A stretch of DNA of 64,000 bases from a virus, in IMG/VR virus record IMGVR_UViG_3300032315_000748; one strand, 5' to 3'. The translations under genes were made by a program, and so were the position numbers. How positions within the stretch are numbered: position 1 is the stretch's first letter; every line of letters begins with the position of its first letter. The notes beneath the pieces were generated by a model. The model did not search any database. It was not told where the DNA came from and was given only the letters and a program-made list of their open reading frames with translations. Below are positions 11,001 through 21,187 of this stretch, in pieces.

Positions 11001-14000
11001 TGCAGACCAAGAGTTTCTCAATTTAATAGTTTAGTTGCATCGCCATTTGAATTTAAATCAAGAATCTTCCAGAATACAAATGGATCTGCAACTGATATTT
11101 TTGCTAAAAATAAAAATATTAATCTTTCATATGATTATTATTTACCAAGAATAGATAGAATCTTTTTAGATAAAGATGGCGCATTTATTGTCAATAAAGG
11201 AATTCCTTCCCTTTCGCCAAAAGTTCCCAATAGTCTAGATTCATCATTAGAAATTGGAACTGTATATTTACCTGCATATTTATTTGATGCCTCTAGTGTC
11301 AAAATATCTTTAACAACACACAAAAGATATAGAATGCAGGATATTTCTAGTTTAGATAGAAGAATTACCAATATAGAATACTACACTTCACTATCTTTAC
11401 TTGAAACTGATACTCAAAATTTAACAATAAGAGATTCTACTACTCAACTTGATAGATTCAAATGTGGTTTTTTTGTAGATAATTTCAAATCTTCCAATGG
11501 TGGAGATATTTCAAATCGTTTATATAAATCTAGTATTGATAAAGATGCGGGAACATTAAATCCACAACCATATTCAACAAGTATTGATCTTCTTATTGGT
11601 TCAGAATCAATACTTGGAATAGGGACAACATCAAATGTAGATGCAGATTTGAGATTTGTGAATGATCTAGGATCACCAAATCTAACAAGAGTTGGTGATG
11701 TTGTATGTTTAAAATATTCTGATGTTGAATATGTGAAAAATCCATATGCAACAAGAACTGAAAATGTAAACCCATTTAATGTTGTGAATTGGATAGGAAC
11801 AATACAGTTGAGTCCTTCTTCAGATACTTGGGTAGAAACAAGAAAAACTGAAAAAATATCTGACATTGAAGGATCTTATAGTTCTGCTATTCAGCAATTG
11901 GGAGTTGATACCAATACTGGTCTTTCTCCAGTTGATTGGGGATCTTGGGAAACAACTTGGACTGGAGCACAAGCAACAAATGGTCCAGCATTATTCACAC
12001 AGCAGACTGGATCCACTTTAACCTCTTCAACTGATTGGGTTGCTACTTCTGGATTGTGGCAATCTCGCAATCCCGAAAATGGTGCGATGATGCAAAGTCA
12101 AGATAGAACTACTACTTATGAAGATAGTTTTATTAATTTTTCAAATCAAACTACAATTACATCAAGAAATCAGACTAGACAGGGAATACAATATGGAGTT
12201 AACCAAAGATTTGATACAACAAATCTTGGTGATAGAGTAGTTTCTAGAGATATCTTGACTTATATGAGATCAAGAAATATTGAAGTTATTGCAAAAAGAC
12301 TAAAACCAAATAGTCAATTTTATGCATTCTTTGATAATGTTGATATGACAAATTATATCATCCCCAAACTTCTAGAAGTTTCAATGATAAGTGGAACATT
12401 TTCTGTTGGGGAAACTGTTATAGGAATTTTGGGATCAAAATCAATCAAATTTAGATTAGCAACTCAAAATCATAAGTATGGACCATATAATACTCCATTT
12501 GAATATTACACAATTAATCCATATGATGTATCAAGCACAATTTCATCAAGTTATTCTTCAACTACTGGATTATTAAATGTTGATACTGCAAGCTTAGAAT
12601 TGCAATCAAATTCTAGTTTCTATGGATGTATTTCTAATGGAATGCGTTTAATTGGACAAACTAGTGGAGCAATTGCAGATATAAGAAATATTAGATTAAT
12701 TAGTGATAATTCTGGATCTTTTATTGGATCATTATTCATACCTGACCCAACTTCACCATCAACTCCAGTATTTACTACAGGAAATAAAACATTCACACTC
12801 ACTACAAGTTCAACCAATTCTACAATTTCTGGATTTGCTCAAAGTTCTGCAGAAACTAATTTTTCATCAAGTGGGACATTGGACAATGTGGAATCAACTA
12901 CACTTCGTATTCGCAATGCAAATATTTCCAGAGATGTAAAAACTGATGACAGAAAGACATCAGAAACAGATACAAGACTTGTAGCAAGTACATCATTTAT
13001 AAACAGAACTGTAACTCAAACTAGATGGGTAGATCCACTTGCAGAATCATTTGAAGTAGCAGATCCAAATGGAGTATATCTAACAAAATGTGATATTTTC
13101 TTCAAGTCAAAATCCACAAATAATCTTCCAGTTACTTTACAAGTAAGAACAATGAGTACTGGTTTGCCAACACAAACCATTTTACCATTCGCAGAAGTTA
13201 TTTTAGAACCAGATAAAGTTTTTATTTCAAATGATTCTTCCGTTCCAACTACTTTTACATTCCCATCTCCTGTCTACCTTGAAACCGCAAATTCATATGC
13301 AATTGTTCTTCTCTCTGCTTCAGATGAGTACAATGTTTGGATCTCAAGAATGACTGAAACTGATGTTTCAACTTTAACTAGACCAGAAGCAGAGAGAATT
13401 GTAGTAGCGCAACAACCACTTCTTGGTTCTCTATTCAAATCTCAAAATGGTTCTACTTGGGATGCAAGCCAACTTGAAGATTTGAAGATGACACTTTATC
13501 GTGCAAATTTTGTAACAAGTTCTGCATCTGTAAGATTCTATAATCCAAGTTTAGATATTGGAAATAACCAAATTGCAGCATTGAGACCAAATCCAATTCA
13601 AATGTATTCCAAATCAAGTTTGGTTGGAATTGGAACTAGTATTTCTGCTGCCGATCAAGCAAATCTAATTAATGGAGTTCAAATTTTACAGAAAAATAAT
13701 TCCAATTTCTCTGGAAAATTAAGATCAGTTTTGGGTGGTATTAGTACTGGAGCGACTGGAACATTATCAATAACAAATCCGGGAAGTGGATATACGAGTG
13801 GATCTACCACATTCCAAAATAAAAATTTAGTTGCCGTGAGTGGATATGGTCAAGGTGCTAAAGCAAATCTTACCGTAATTGGTGGTGTTGCAGTAGCTGC
13901 GACAGTTTCAGTTGGTGGAACTGGTTATGCAATTGGTGATGTTTTAAGTATTGCTTCTACTGATACCGGAAGTCTTGGAAAAAATCTTCTCATTACAATT

Positions 14001-15530
14001 CCAAATACTGCCGGAATTATTACTTCAATAAATTCTTTAATTGTAGATAACATTCAAGGAAAACTTGATGTCACAGATTCAACAAAGTACATTACTTATA
14101 ATGGGCAAACTGGAATTGTTACGATGGCATACGCAAGTGTAACCTCGCTTGTTGATATTGCTACTGGTTTAGTAATTAAAGTAAATCACAATAATCACGG
14201 AATGTATTCTTCGCAGAATAAAGTTACTTTAAGTGGAATTGAGCCAGATTTATCACCATTAAAATTATCAGCATCATATAGTTCTTCTTCAACTTCAGAT
14301 CTTCCATTATCATCCTCTGTTGGAATATTTACAAGTTTTGAAAATATTGCAGTCGGCTCAGCAAATACTGGTTATATTAATATCAAAAATGAAATAATAG
14401 GTTACACAGGAGTAAATACTTCAACTAATAGTTTGACTGGAATTATCAGGGGTCCAATTGCTGGATCGTACTCTGCAAATGATTTGGTATTTAAATATGA
14501 ACTTAATGGTGTATCTTTAAAGAGAATCAATAAAACTCACACAATCTCTGGTTCATATAATATTGATTTGGATGAATATAATCTAATATTAGATACATCT
14601 ATTGATGGTGCAGATAGAACTACTTCTAATGTAAATGGATATCCAGAACTATTTTTCTCACAAAGAAAATCTGGAGGAACATATGAATCAACAAGTCCAG
14701 TAGTTGGATTTGAAAAAGGTCCCAAAGCAACACAAAATATTCCATTTAGTATTATAAGACCAAATATACAAACATTATTACCACAAACTACTGAAATTAG
14801 TGCTAGAATTAGAACTTTCTCCGGAACAAGTGCTGACGGTATTGAATCATCATTTGTAGATCAAGGATTTGAAGATATTTCATTAAATTCCAATAATATA
14901 TTAAATACTACTAGAATTATTGCGTCTAAAATAAATGAATCCAATTATCTTGGAAATTATCCTGGGGCAAAATCATTTACCCTAGAAATGGTACTTTCTA
15001 CTGGTGATCCAAAAGTATCTCCAATGATTGATTTGGATAGAGTAAATATTATCACTATTATGTCTAGATTGAATTCCCCAGTATCAAATTATGCTACAGA
15101 TTCTAGTGTTAATAGTTTAACTGATGACCCACATGCAGCAATTTATGTGTCAAAAATTATTAAATTGAAGCAATCTGCAGATAATTTGATGGTATTATTT
15201 GATGCATATAGAGATGCTTCTAGTGACATTAGAGTAATGTATAGATTGATGAGAGATGATACCTCATCCCAACAACAAGGATTTGAATTATTCCCAGGTT
15301 ATACAAATTTAAATAATAATGGAGATGTCATTGATCCAAAAGATAACAATGGACTTCCAGATAAATTTATTATACCTTCTGTCAATTTTAATGATTTGGG
15401 TAGTTATGAATTTACTGCTCACAATTTAGCTCCATTTAATGGATTCCAAATCAAAATATTAATGTCAGGAACGAATCAGGCGCTTTATCCAAAAATCAAA
15501 GACTTAAGAGCAATTGCGACAAAATCATGA
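8013..15530 (+). CDS. Large virion structural protein (VrlC/DUF4815-like)
   Basis: MPQNTNLNVSPYFDDF...VLFKPG.PIQARELTTLQSILQNQIE N-terminus; 'APGADRLKI', 'RTYDESGDY', 'DPLAESF' motifs; 2505 aa; follows gp8. Confidence 0.8.
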   Translation: MPQNTNLNVSPYFDDFSDSKNYQRVLFKPGTPIQARELTTLQSILQNQIEKFGKNLFKEGSMVIPGQIAYDPEYTCVQIDEVHLGIPISLYVESLLGKLIQGETSGVKAKVENYITSSESERNTYTLYIKYQSSSDSDFLSKTFVDGENLIALEDISYSLSSIRSGSTFATSILTNSTSIGSAAKIVSGVYFIRGFFITVNSETVVLDQYTNSPSYRVGLLVNEEIVVASNEYSDLFDNAQGFSNYAAPGADRLKISTSLIKKSINDFNDENFIELLRVEDGSLQKFVKETNYNLIRDELAKRTYDESGDYYITPFDITPKECLNDRIGNNGIYFENQVTKQGNPVSKDLLCLSVSPGKAYVRGYEVETINNTIIDLNKPRTTDNDYNQAIPFNLGRQINLNNVTGTLPVGFGTTSYVNLYNGRTGIAGISSGTQIGVARVYDLKLKNSVYVDNTTQFETSLYDIQTYTNLTLNTSLTQSIPAFIQGNSSGASGYLVNSISSSNILTLYQVSGSFANNETININGNTNVRTVIGVRDYNFSDIHQIVGNGVSFTADPVLSNQSYISQPGTVFTISIASAGISTITTTDQNFYVGINTGDIISYAKQGDTLPTYNQVYQVSSSAKSIQIVALPSISGVCVGTLPTSTFTNTDIRKSTLDVLNTTNVSLYSKLNKSNISNLTLTGSDITIKRSYNVTITNGAATQVLETDVNLTLLPFNEQDYNLAFANGTVESLSDQKLTVSGRTISLQNISQNGSAVLTVSFNKINASTKKKIFNRCTSLIVDKSTSQGSGIGSTTFNDGLSYSQIYGTRVQDREISLNVPDVSNIIAIIESSTSGDPSLSYLQLINLSSNILNSVTGELIVGTNSKAVATLVSSTGTNQIDIVYLNENIFTIGELVTFQESKIQATITTVFPGDKNIKNNFIFDDGQRSEYLDYSRIIRKPNNSSPTRKIKIIFNNYTINSSDNGDFVGVNSYDKDRYDDYIPSVDGKRVTDLLDCRPRVSQFNSLVASPFEFKSRIFQNTNGSATDIFAKNKNINLSYDYYLPRIDRIFLDKDGAFIVNKGIPSLSPKVPNSLDSSLEIGTVYLPAYLFDASSVKISLTTHKRYRMQDISSLDRRITNIEYYTSLSLLETDTQNLTIRDSTTQLDRFKCGFFVDNFKSSNGGDISNRLYKSSIDKDAGTLNPQPYSTSIDLLIGSESILGIGTTSNVDADLRFVNDLGSPNLTRVGDVVCLKYSDVEYVKNPYATRTENVNPFNVVNWIGTIQLSPSSDTWVETRKTEKISDIEGSYSSAIQQLGVDTNTGLSPVDWGSWETTWTGAQATNGPALFTQQTGSTLTSSTDWVATSGLWQSRNPENGAMMQSQDRTTTYEDSFINFSNQTTITSRNQTRQGIQYGVNQRFDTTNLGDRVVSRDILTYMRSRNIEVIAKRLKPNSQFYAFFDNVDMTNYIIPKLLEVSMISGTFSVGETVIGILGSKSIKFRLATQNHKYGPYNTPFEYYTINPYDVSSTISSSYSSTTGLLNVDTASLELQSNSSFYGCISNGMRLIGQTSGAIADIRNIRLISDNSGSFIGSLFIPDPTSPSTPVFTTGNKTFTLTTSSTNSTISGFAQSSAETNFSSSGTLDNVESTTLRIRNANISRDVKTDDRKTSETDTRLVASTSFINRTVTQTRWVDPLAESFEVADPNGVYLTKCDIFFKSKSTNNLPVTLQVRTMSTGLPTQTILPFAEVILEPDKVFISNDSSVPTTFTFPSPVYLETANSYAIVLLSASDEYNVWISRMTETDVSTLTRPEAERIVVAQQPLLGSLFKSQNGSTWDASQLEDLKMTLYRANFVTSSASVRFYNPSLDIGNNQIAALRPNPIQMYSKSSLVGIGTSISAADQANLINGVQILQKNNSNFSGKLRSVLGGISTGATGTLSITNPGSGYTSGSTTFQNKNLVAVSGYGQGAKANLTVIGGVAVAATVSVGGTGYAIGDVLSIASTDTGSLGKNLLITIPNTAGIITSINSLIVDNIQGKLDVTDSTKYITYNGQTGIVTMAYASVTSLVDIATGLVIKVNHNNHGMYSSQNKVTLSGIEPDLSPLKLSASYSSSSTSDLPLSSSVGIFTSFENIAVGSANTGYINIKNEIIGYTGVNTSTNSLTGIIRGPIAGSYSANDLVFKYELNGVSLKRINKTHTISGSYNIDLDEYNLILDTSIDGADRTTSNVNGYPELFFSQRKSGGTYESTSPVVGFEKGPKATQNIPFSIIRPNIQTLLPQTTEISARIRTFSGTSADGIESSFVDQGFEDISLNSNNILNTTRIIASKINESNYLGNYPGAKSFTLEMVLSTGDPKVSPMIDLDRVNIITIMSRLNSPVSNYATDSSVNSLTDDPHAAIYVSKIIKLKQSADNLMVLFDAYRDASSDIRVMYRLMRDDTSSQQQGFELFPGYTNLNNNGDVIDPKDNNGLPDKFIIPSVNFNDLGSYEFTAHNLAPFNGFQIKILMSGTNQALYPKIKDLRAIATKS

Positions 15531-15748
15531 TTCCTGTTGAAAATAATAAATCATTATTTCGTGATGAAAAATCTGGAGCAATTATAAATTGCTCCGATAG
15601 TGATTATGAAAGATATTTGAGAGCAAAAGAAAATAAATTAAAAGAAATAGAAAAATCAAAACAATTGGAAACTGATGTAGAAAATATCAAAAAAGATATT
15701 GATATGATAAAAGATTTATTAATTCAATTAGTTTCCAATAAAACCTAA
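15527..15748 (+). CDS. Conserved small hypothetical protein with C-terminal coiled coil
   Basis: ATGA overlap with upstream gene; 'LFRDEKSGAIIN' motif. Confidence 0.7.
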   Translation: MIPVENNKSLFRDEKSGAIINCSDSDYERYLRAKENKLKEIEKSKQLETDVENIKKDIDMIKDLLIQLVSNKT

Positions 15749-15777
15749 ATATATCAGAAAGTATTAAATTTTAAATA

Positions 15778-16122
15778 ATGGCAGCTTCTTATGTTAGTAA
15801 TATCATAATCAATTCGGGAACTGATTTTACCCAAACATTTGATTTTGAAACCACTTCAAATACTCCATTGGATTTGACTGGATATACTGCATATTCCTCC
15901 ATTAAAAAAAGTCCAGCATCATCAAAAGTTACAGCTAATTTTACTATTTCATTTACCAATAGAGCTTTTGGTAAATTGACAATTTCTTTAGGATCTTCAA
16001 TAACATCCACAATAAGATCAGGAAGATATTCTTATGATATTTTGCTGGTAGATGCTGCTTCCACCAAGACTAGAGTCGTAGAAGGGAGTGCGATTGTTAC
16101 TGCTGGTATTACTACGGTATAA
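15778..16122 (+). CDS. Conserved hypothetical, probably virion-associated beta-sandwich protein
   Basis: TAAATA late promoter upstream; 'GRYSYDILL...TRVVEG' motif. Confidence 0.7.
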   Translation: MAASYVSNIIINSGTDFTQTFDFETTSNTPLDLTGYTAYSSIKKSPASSKVTANFTISFTNRAFGKLTISLGSSITSTIRSGRYSYDILLVDAASTKTRVVEGSAIVTAGITTV

Positions 16123-16125
16123 AAA

Positions 16126-17226
16126 ATGGCAGATATAAGAGTAAGACTTGGTTCAGAAAGCGCAATCAGAGTTCCTGCTACATCTATTGTGGCAGGAGGA
16201 AAATTATATCAACTTTCTGATGTTGATGTAAGTAATGGACAAGTTAGTGGAATGGTTTTGGTATTTAACTCCACCACATTAAAATGGGAAGCAACTAGCA
16301 ATCCAGTTTTAGTTGGATCATTGACTGTAAATGGAAATACTACACTTGGGCAAGTAAGTACAAATTTAAATACTTTTATTGGAATTTCATCATTTATTGG
16401 AACTATTGTAAATACTGGTGGTGCAACATTTGATAATGTTAAAATTAAATCAAATACAATTTCATCTTTACCTGGATCTGGAAATATTTTATATATTGAT
16501 CCATATCCAGATGGATTAAGTAATCAAGGTACAGTAGTTATTAAAGGTGATCTTCAAGTTGATGGTAATACTACTTCAATAAATTCATCAACTGTAAACG
16601 CAGATGGAGATATATTAAATCTTGGCGATATAACAAGTATAAGAACAGTGATGTCACCAGTAGTAACTGGAATTTCATCTATTACTTTAGATTCTGTCGT
16701 TGGAATTAATACTGGAGATTTAATTAGCGGAAATGCAAATCTTCCATCAAGTGGAATCACAACAATAAGTTCATATAATCCAAGTACAAATGTTATTATT
16801 ATTCAGGGAACTACTACTGGGTCAATTTCAACCACAACACAATTGACAATTAGACATTATTATGATACTAATACAGATAAAGGTATTTCATTTGAATATA
16901 ATATAAGTTCTGGTGTTCAAAATTATAGAAAAGGATTTTTTGGTTATAAGGACAGCACTCGTTATCTCACATATATTCCAGATGCTACGATTACTGGAAA
17001 TGTAGTATCTGGAACAAAAGGTACTCTTGATATAGGTTCAATTTTACTTAATTTCACTACTTCTGGAATTAGTACTAGAGGATCTGCATATTTTGATTCT
17101 TCTGGCAAATTGATTAGTACTAATTCTCCAGAAGTTGGGTATGCATCTACTTCAAATTATATTTTAACAACAGATAATTCAAATGTTCCGGTATGGACAA
17201 ATACTATAGATGGGGGACAATATTAA
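16126..17226 (+). CDS. Putative tail-fibre/virion structural protein
   Basis: Ser/Thr/Gly-rich; 'LSDVD', 'GDLQVDG' and terminal 'IDGGQY' motifs common in cyanophage fibres. Confidence 0.6.
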   Translation: MADIRVRLGSESAIRVPATSIVAGGKLYQLSDVDVSNGQVSGMVLVFNSTTLKWEATSNPVLVGSLTVNGNTTLGQVSTNLNTFIGISSFIGTIVNTGGATFDNVKIKSNTISSLPGSGNILYIDPYPDGLSNQGTVVIKGDLQVDGNTTSINSSTVNADGDILNLGDITSIRTVMSPVVTGISSITLDSVVGINTGDLISGNANLPSSGITTISSYNPSTNVIIIQGTTTGSISTTTQLTIRHYYDTNTDKGISFEYNISSGVQNYRKGFFGYKDSTRYLTYIPDATITGNVVSGTKGTLDIGSILLNFTTSGISTRGSAYFDSSGKLISTNSPEVGYASTSNYILTTDNSNVPVWTNTIDGGQY

Positions 17227-17227
17227 A

Positions 17228-17419
17228 ATGAATAATGAAAATGATATTGATGTAACAATTCTAATCAATATATATTCTCAAAAAATATCTTCACTTTCAA
17301 TTGAAAATATTGTATTGGAGTCAAAAATTCAATCTTTAATTAAAGATTTTGAAAAAGAAAAATTTGATCTATTGGAAAAAATAAAAAAATTACAAACAGA
17401 TTCTACTGATAAATATTAA
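17228..17419 (+). CDS. Small coiled-coil hypothetical protein
   Basis: ATG at 17228 right after the upstream stop; heptad pattern. Confidence 0.6.
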   Translation: MNNENDIDVTILINIYSQKISSLSIENIVLESKIQSLIKDFEKEKFDLLEKIKKLQTDSTDKY

Positions 17420-17437
17420 AAGGAAGGTATTTAAATA

Positions 17438-18253
17438 ATGTCAAAACCATCATCCCGTCAAGGATTAATTGATTACTGTCTAAGAAGACTTGGGTATCCG
17501 GTATTAGAAATTAATATTGAAGATGACCAAATTGATGATTTGGTGGATGATGCTATTCAATATTTTAATGAAAGGCATTATGATGGTATTGAAAAAGTAT
17601 TTTTAAAGCATAAATTAGACCAAACACAATTAGATACAATAAGAACTGGTGTCACAACTTCAACTGCATCTTCGGCAGTGGGAATAACAACTGTAGCATA
17701 TACAGAGACAAATAACTTTTTGCAGTTGCCAGATCACGTAATTGGTGTGAATAATGTATTTAAAGTAGATTCCAGTACAATATCCAGTGGTCTATTTAAT
17801 ATCAAATACCAACTGTTCTTGAATGATTTGTATTATTATGGAGCACTCGATCTATTAAATTATGCAATGGTAAAAACATATCTTGAAGATTTAAGTAGAA
17901 TTATTACTCCAGATATTCAAATTAGATTCAATAAAAAAAATCATAGATTATATATGGATATTGATTGGAGTCAAATGGGTCCAAATAATTATTTAATTTT
18001 TGATTGCTATAGATTAATAGATCCTTCAGATGCACCAAGCATTTATAACGATTGGTGGTTGAAAAAATATTTAACTGCTTTGATGAAGAGACAATGGGGA
18101 ATCAATTTAAGTAAGTTTCAAGGTGTATCTCTTCCTGGTGGTATTCAATTTAATGGAGAACGAATTTTAAATGATGGAATAAGAGAAGTTGAAGAAGCAG
18201 AAAAACAACTCAAGGATGAGTATGAAACTCCTCCAATGGATATGATAGGTTGA
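17438..18253 (+). CDS. gp13: Neck protein gp13
   Basis: 'LIDYCLRRLGYPVLEIN', 'KRQWGINLSKFQGVSLPGG'; synteny. Confidence 0.93.
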   Translation: MSKPSSRQGLIDYCLRRLGYPVLEINIEDDQIDDLVDDAIQYFNERHYDGIEKVFLKHKLDQTQLDTIRTGVTTSTASSAVGITTVAYTETNNFLQLPDHVIGVNNVFKVDSSTISSGLFNIKYQLFLNDLYYYGALDLLNYAMVKTYLEDLSRIITPDIQIRFNKKNHRLYMDIDWSQMGPNNYLIFDCYRLIDPSDAPSIYNDWWLKKYLTALMKRQWGINLSKFQGVSLPGGIQFNGERILNDGIREVEEAEKQLKDEYETPPMDMIG

Positions 18254-18257
18254 TAAT

Positions 18258-19673
18258 ATGTCTCCACTTAATCCTTATTTTTTAAATGGAACTGTCGGTG
18301 AGCAAAGATTAGTACAAGATCTAATCAATGAGCAGTTAAAAATGTTTGGGCAAGATATTGTCTATATGCCCAGAAAGATAGTAAATAAAAGTAATATATT
18401 AAAAGAAGTAACTGTATCCAACTTTGATGATTCATATAGATTAGAAGCTTATATAATGAATTATCAAGGATTTGGTGGAAGGGGAGATATATTATCAAAA
18501 TTTGGAGTTCAAACTACTGATGAATTAACTTTAATTATATCCAGAGAAAGATATGAAGATTTTGTTTCTAATTTTATCGCAAATAGTGAAGAAATAGAGG
18601 TATCCACAAGACCAGAAGAAGGTGATATAATTTATTTACCTTTAGATAATACAATATTTGAAATTAAATATGTAGAGGCAAAGTCTTCATTTTATCAATT
18701 AAATAATCTTTATATTTATGAATTGAGATGTGAAGTATTTGACTACGAAGCAGACGAAAATATTAACACAGGCATCAGTGAAGTTGATGAATCTGTAAAA
18801 GATTTTGGATACATTACAACTTTAAATATGGTTAAATTTGATGCTGCACCAGCATCGGCAATTGGGAGACTTGCATCTAGTCTTGCTGCCGTGTATGGTG
18901 GTTCAGTTTCTAAAATTGATCTAATTAATGATGGTACTGGTTATTTGACAACTCCAACAATTTTAATTTCTCGCCCAATTAGTGGTGGAATAAATGCAAC
19001 TGCGGTTGCGATTATGACAAGTCGTTCCAATCAAACTGGAAAATCTATTGATAAAATAATGATTATAAATCCAGGAATTGGATATACAGTTACACCATCA
19101 GTTACAATTGTGAATTCAAGTGGTTCTGGCGCAATAGCAACAGCAATCGTATCATCTGGTTCTCTGGGCACATTTGAAATTACTAGTGGCGGTGTGGGAT
19201 ATTCTACTAATCCCATAGTAGCAATATCAACAGCACCTTCTGGCGGAGTAGACGCAAAAGCAGAATCCGTAATAAATTCTCTAGGAATAGTAACTGCCAT
19301 TAGATATAATAATGCTGGATCTGGATATACATCAATACCCTCAATTTCTTTCTCTTCACCTATTGGAGTTTCTACTGGAAATTATGTATTCAATGAGATA
19401 GTTAAAGGTGTTTCTACCGGAACAACTGCATACGTTGCTGATTGGGATTACGATACAAGAATACTTAAAGTTAAAATAACAAATGGTTCTTTTGCTTTAG
19501 GCGAATCCATAATTGGAATTGGAACTACTTTTGGTGGTTCCAATTCCAATTATAAACTTCTTTCAGTTAATACACAAGATGAATATGATCCATATGCAGA
19601 GAACATTCCTATTGAATCAGAAGCAGATGAATTTTTGGATTTTAGTGAGCGCAACCCCTTTGGAGATTTTTAA
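18258..19673 (+). CDS. gp14: Neck protein gp14 with repeat-rich insertion
   Basis: 'EQRLVQDLINEQLKMFG.D..YMPR', 'RPEEGDIIY.P', C-terminal 'DFSERNPFG'. Confidence 0.9.
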   Translation: MSPLNPYFLNGTVGEQRLVQDLINEQLKMFGQDIVYMPRKIVNKSNILKEVTVSNFDDSYRLEAYIMNYQGFGGRGDILSKFGVQTTDELTLIISRERYEDFVSNFIANSEEIEVSTRPEEGDIIYLPLDNTIFEIKYVEAKSSFYQLNNLYIYELRCEVFDYEADENINTGISEVDESVKDFGYITTLNMVKFDAAPASAIGRLASSLAAVYGGSVSKIDLINDGTGYLTTPTILISRPISGGINATAVAIMTSRSNQTGKSIDKIMIINPGIGYTVTPSVTIVNSSGSGAIATAIVSSGSLGTFEITSGGVGYSTNPIVAISTAPSGGVDAKAESVINSLGIVTAIRYNNAGSGYTSIPSISFSSPIGVSTGNYVFNEIVKGVSTGTTAYVADWDYDTRILKVKITNGSFALGESIIGIGTTFGGSNSNYKLLSVNTQDEYDPYAENIPIESEADEFLDFSERNPFGDF

Positions 19674-19702
19674 ATCTAAATAATTAATAAAAGGACATTA
19701 TT

Positions 19703-20755
19703 ATGCTAGGAGAATACTATTACCACGAAATAGTCAAAAAAACTATAATTGCATTTGGTACTTTATTTAATAATATTAACATTAAACACAAAAAACAAGA
19801 TGACAGCGATTATAGCACAATAAAAGTTCCTATTGCATATGGTCCAGTAGAGAAGTTTACGGCAAGATTAGAACAAAAACCAGATTTGAGAAATAGGGTT
19901 TCTATCGTTCTTCCAAGATTAGCATTTGAGATGACTAGTATTCAATACGATAATACTAGAAAAGTCTCTACTATGCAAACTTTTAAAGCATTAAGTTCTA
20001 CAGATAATCAGGTAGTAAAAAAAGTTTTTATGCCTGCCCCATATAATATTGGCATTCAACTTTCTATTATGACTCAATATAATGATGATGCTCTGCAAAT
20101 TATTGAGCAAATTCTTCCATATTTCCAACCATCTTTCAATTTAACAATAAATTTGGTTTCCTCTATAGGGGAAAAAAGAGACATTCCTATGATACTTGAA
20201 AATATTAATTTTAAAGATAATTATGATAGTGGTTATGAAGAAAAAAGAATTATAATTTATGATTTAAGTTTTACTGCTAAAACTTATTTGTTTGGTCCCA
20301 TTCCAGACAATACAGAAGGCTTTATCAAAAAAGTCCAGGTAGATTATTATTCTGATACAGAAACCAAAAATGCATCTAGGCAACTTCGTTATGTTGCAGA
20401 ACCAAGAGCAATTAAAGATTATAATTCAGACAATACAACCTCTCTTGCACAAGATGTAGATGATAAAATTACTAAATTTATTGTAAATAATGCAACTTCT
20501 CTTGTAGAAGATACATATATACAAATTGATGACGAAGAAATGTATATTAAATCTATATCTGGAAATACTATTACTGTATTAAGAGGTAGAGATGATTCTT
20601 CAGTAGTTTCACATTTAAATGGTTCGTCTGTAAATATTATTAATGCTGCAGATGATAATTTGATTGAACAAACAGATGATTTTGGGTTTGATGAGTATCG
20701 TTTTGATTATGGTGATGGTAAAATTTATAGTCCGTCTAAAGGTATTGATGTATGA
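19703..20755 (+). CDS. gp15: Tail sheath stabiliser/terminator gp15
   Basis: 'YYYHEIVKKTIIAFGTLFNNI', 'VPIAYGP', 'EQILPYFQP'. Confidence 0.92.
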   Translation: MLGEYYYHEIVKKTIIAFGTLFNNINIKHKKQDDSDYSTIKVPIAYGPVEKFTARLEQKPDLRNRVSIVLPRLAFEMTSIQYDNTRKVSTMQTFKALSSTDNQVVKKVFMPAPYNIGIQLSIMTQYNDDALQIIEQILPYFQPSFNLTINLVSSIGEKRDIPMILENINFKDNYDSGYEEKRIIIYDLSFTAKTYLFGPIPDNTEGFIKKVQVDYYSDTETKNASRQLRYVAEPRAIKDYNSDNTTSLAQDVDDKITKFIVNNATSLVEDTYIQIDDEEMYIKSISGNTITVLRGRDDSSVVSHLNGSSVNIINAADDNLIEQTDDFGFDEYRFDYGDGKIYSPSKGIDV

Positions 20756-21174
20756 ATAACAAATTTGACGATATAAATCAAGCATTGGATATAGAAGCAA
20801 CTTCTATAGAAAAAGAAATTGTAAAAAGATCTCCATCAAAATTATCTAGACCAACAGATAAGAATGATTTGGATGCCGATTATGAATATGCAAGAGGGCA
20901 TTATTATGCCCTATTGGAAAAAGGCCAGGAAGCAATTGATAGTATATTAGAACTAGCACAAAGTTCAGAAAAAGCAAGAGATTTTGAAGTCGCTCTTCAA
21001 GGAATTAAAAGTATGGCTGATGTTGCCGATAAACTTATGGACTTACAGCAAAAAAATAAAAAAATAAGAGAAGAAGATAAATCCAACCCAAAGAATGTTA
21101 CGAATGCACTTTTTGTTGGTTCTACTGCAGAGTTACAGAAATTACTCAAGAAAGGAATCATAGATTCTAAATAG
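20752..21174 (+). CDS. gp16: Terminase small subunit gp16
   Basis: 'DYEYARG...LLEKGQEAI', 'NALFVGSTAELQKLLK'. Confidence 0.9.
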   Translation: MNNKFDDINQALDIEATSIEKEIVKRSPSKLSRPTDKNDLDADYEYARGHYYALLEKGQEAIDSILELAQSSEKARDFEVALQGIKSMADVADKLMDLQQKNKKIREEDKSNPKNVTNALFVGSTAELQKLLKKGIIDSK

Positions 21175-21187
21175 TTAGAAAGTTTAT

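Noticed and set aside
2748-14725. Many minus-strand ORFs of 60-170 aa within the large structural genes
   Set aside because: Antisense shadows of Ser/Thr/Gly-rich codon usage; no RBS, promoter or recognisable motifs
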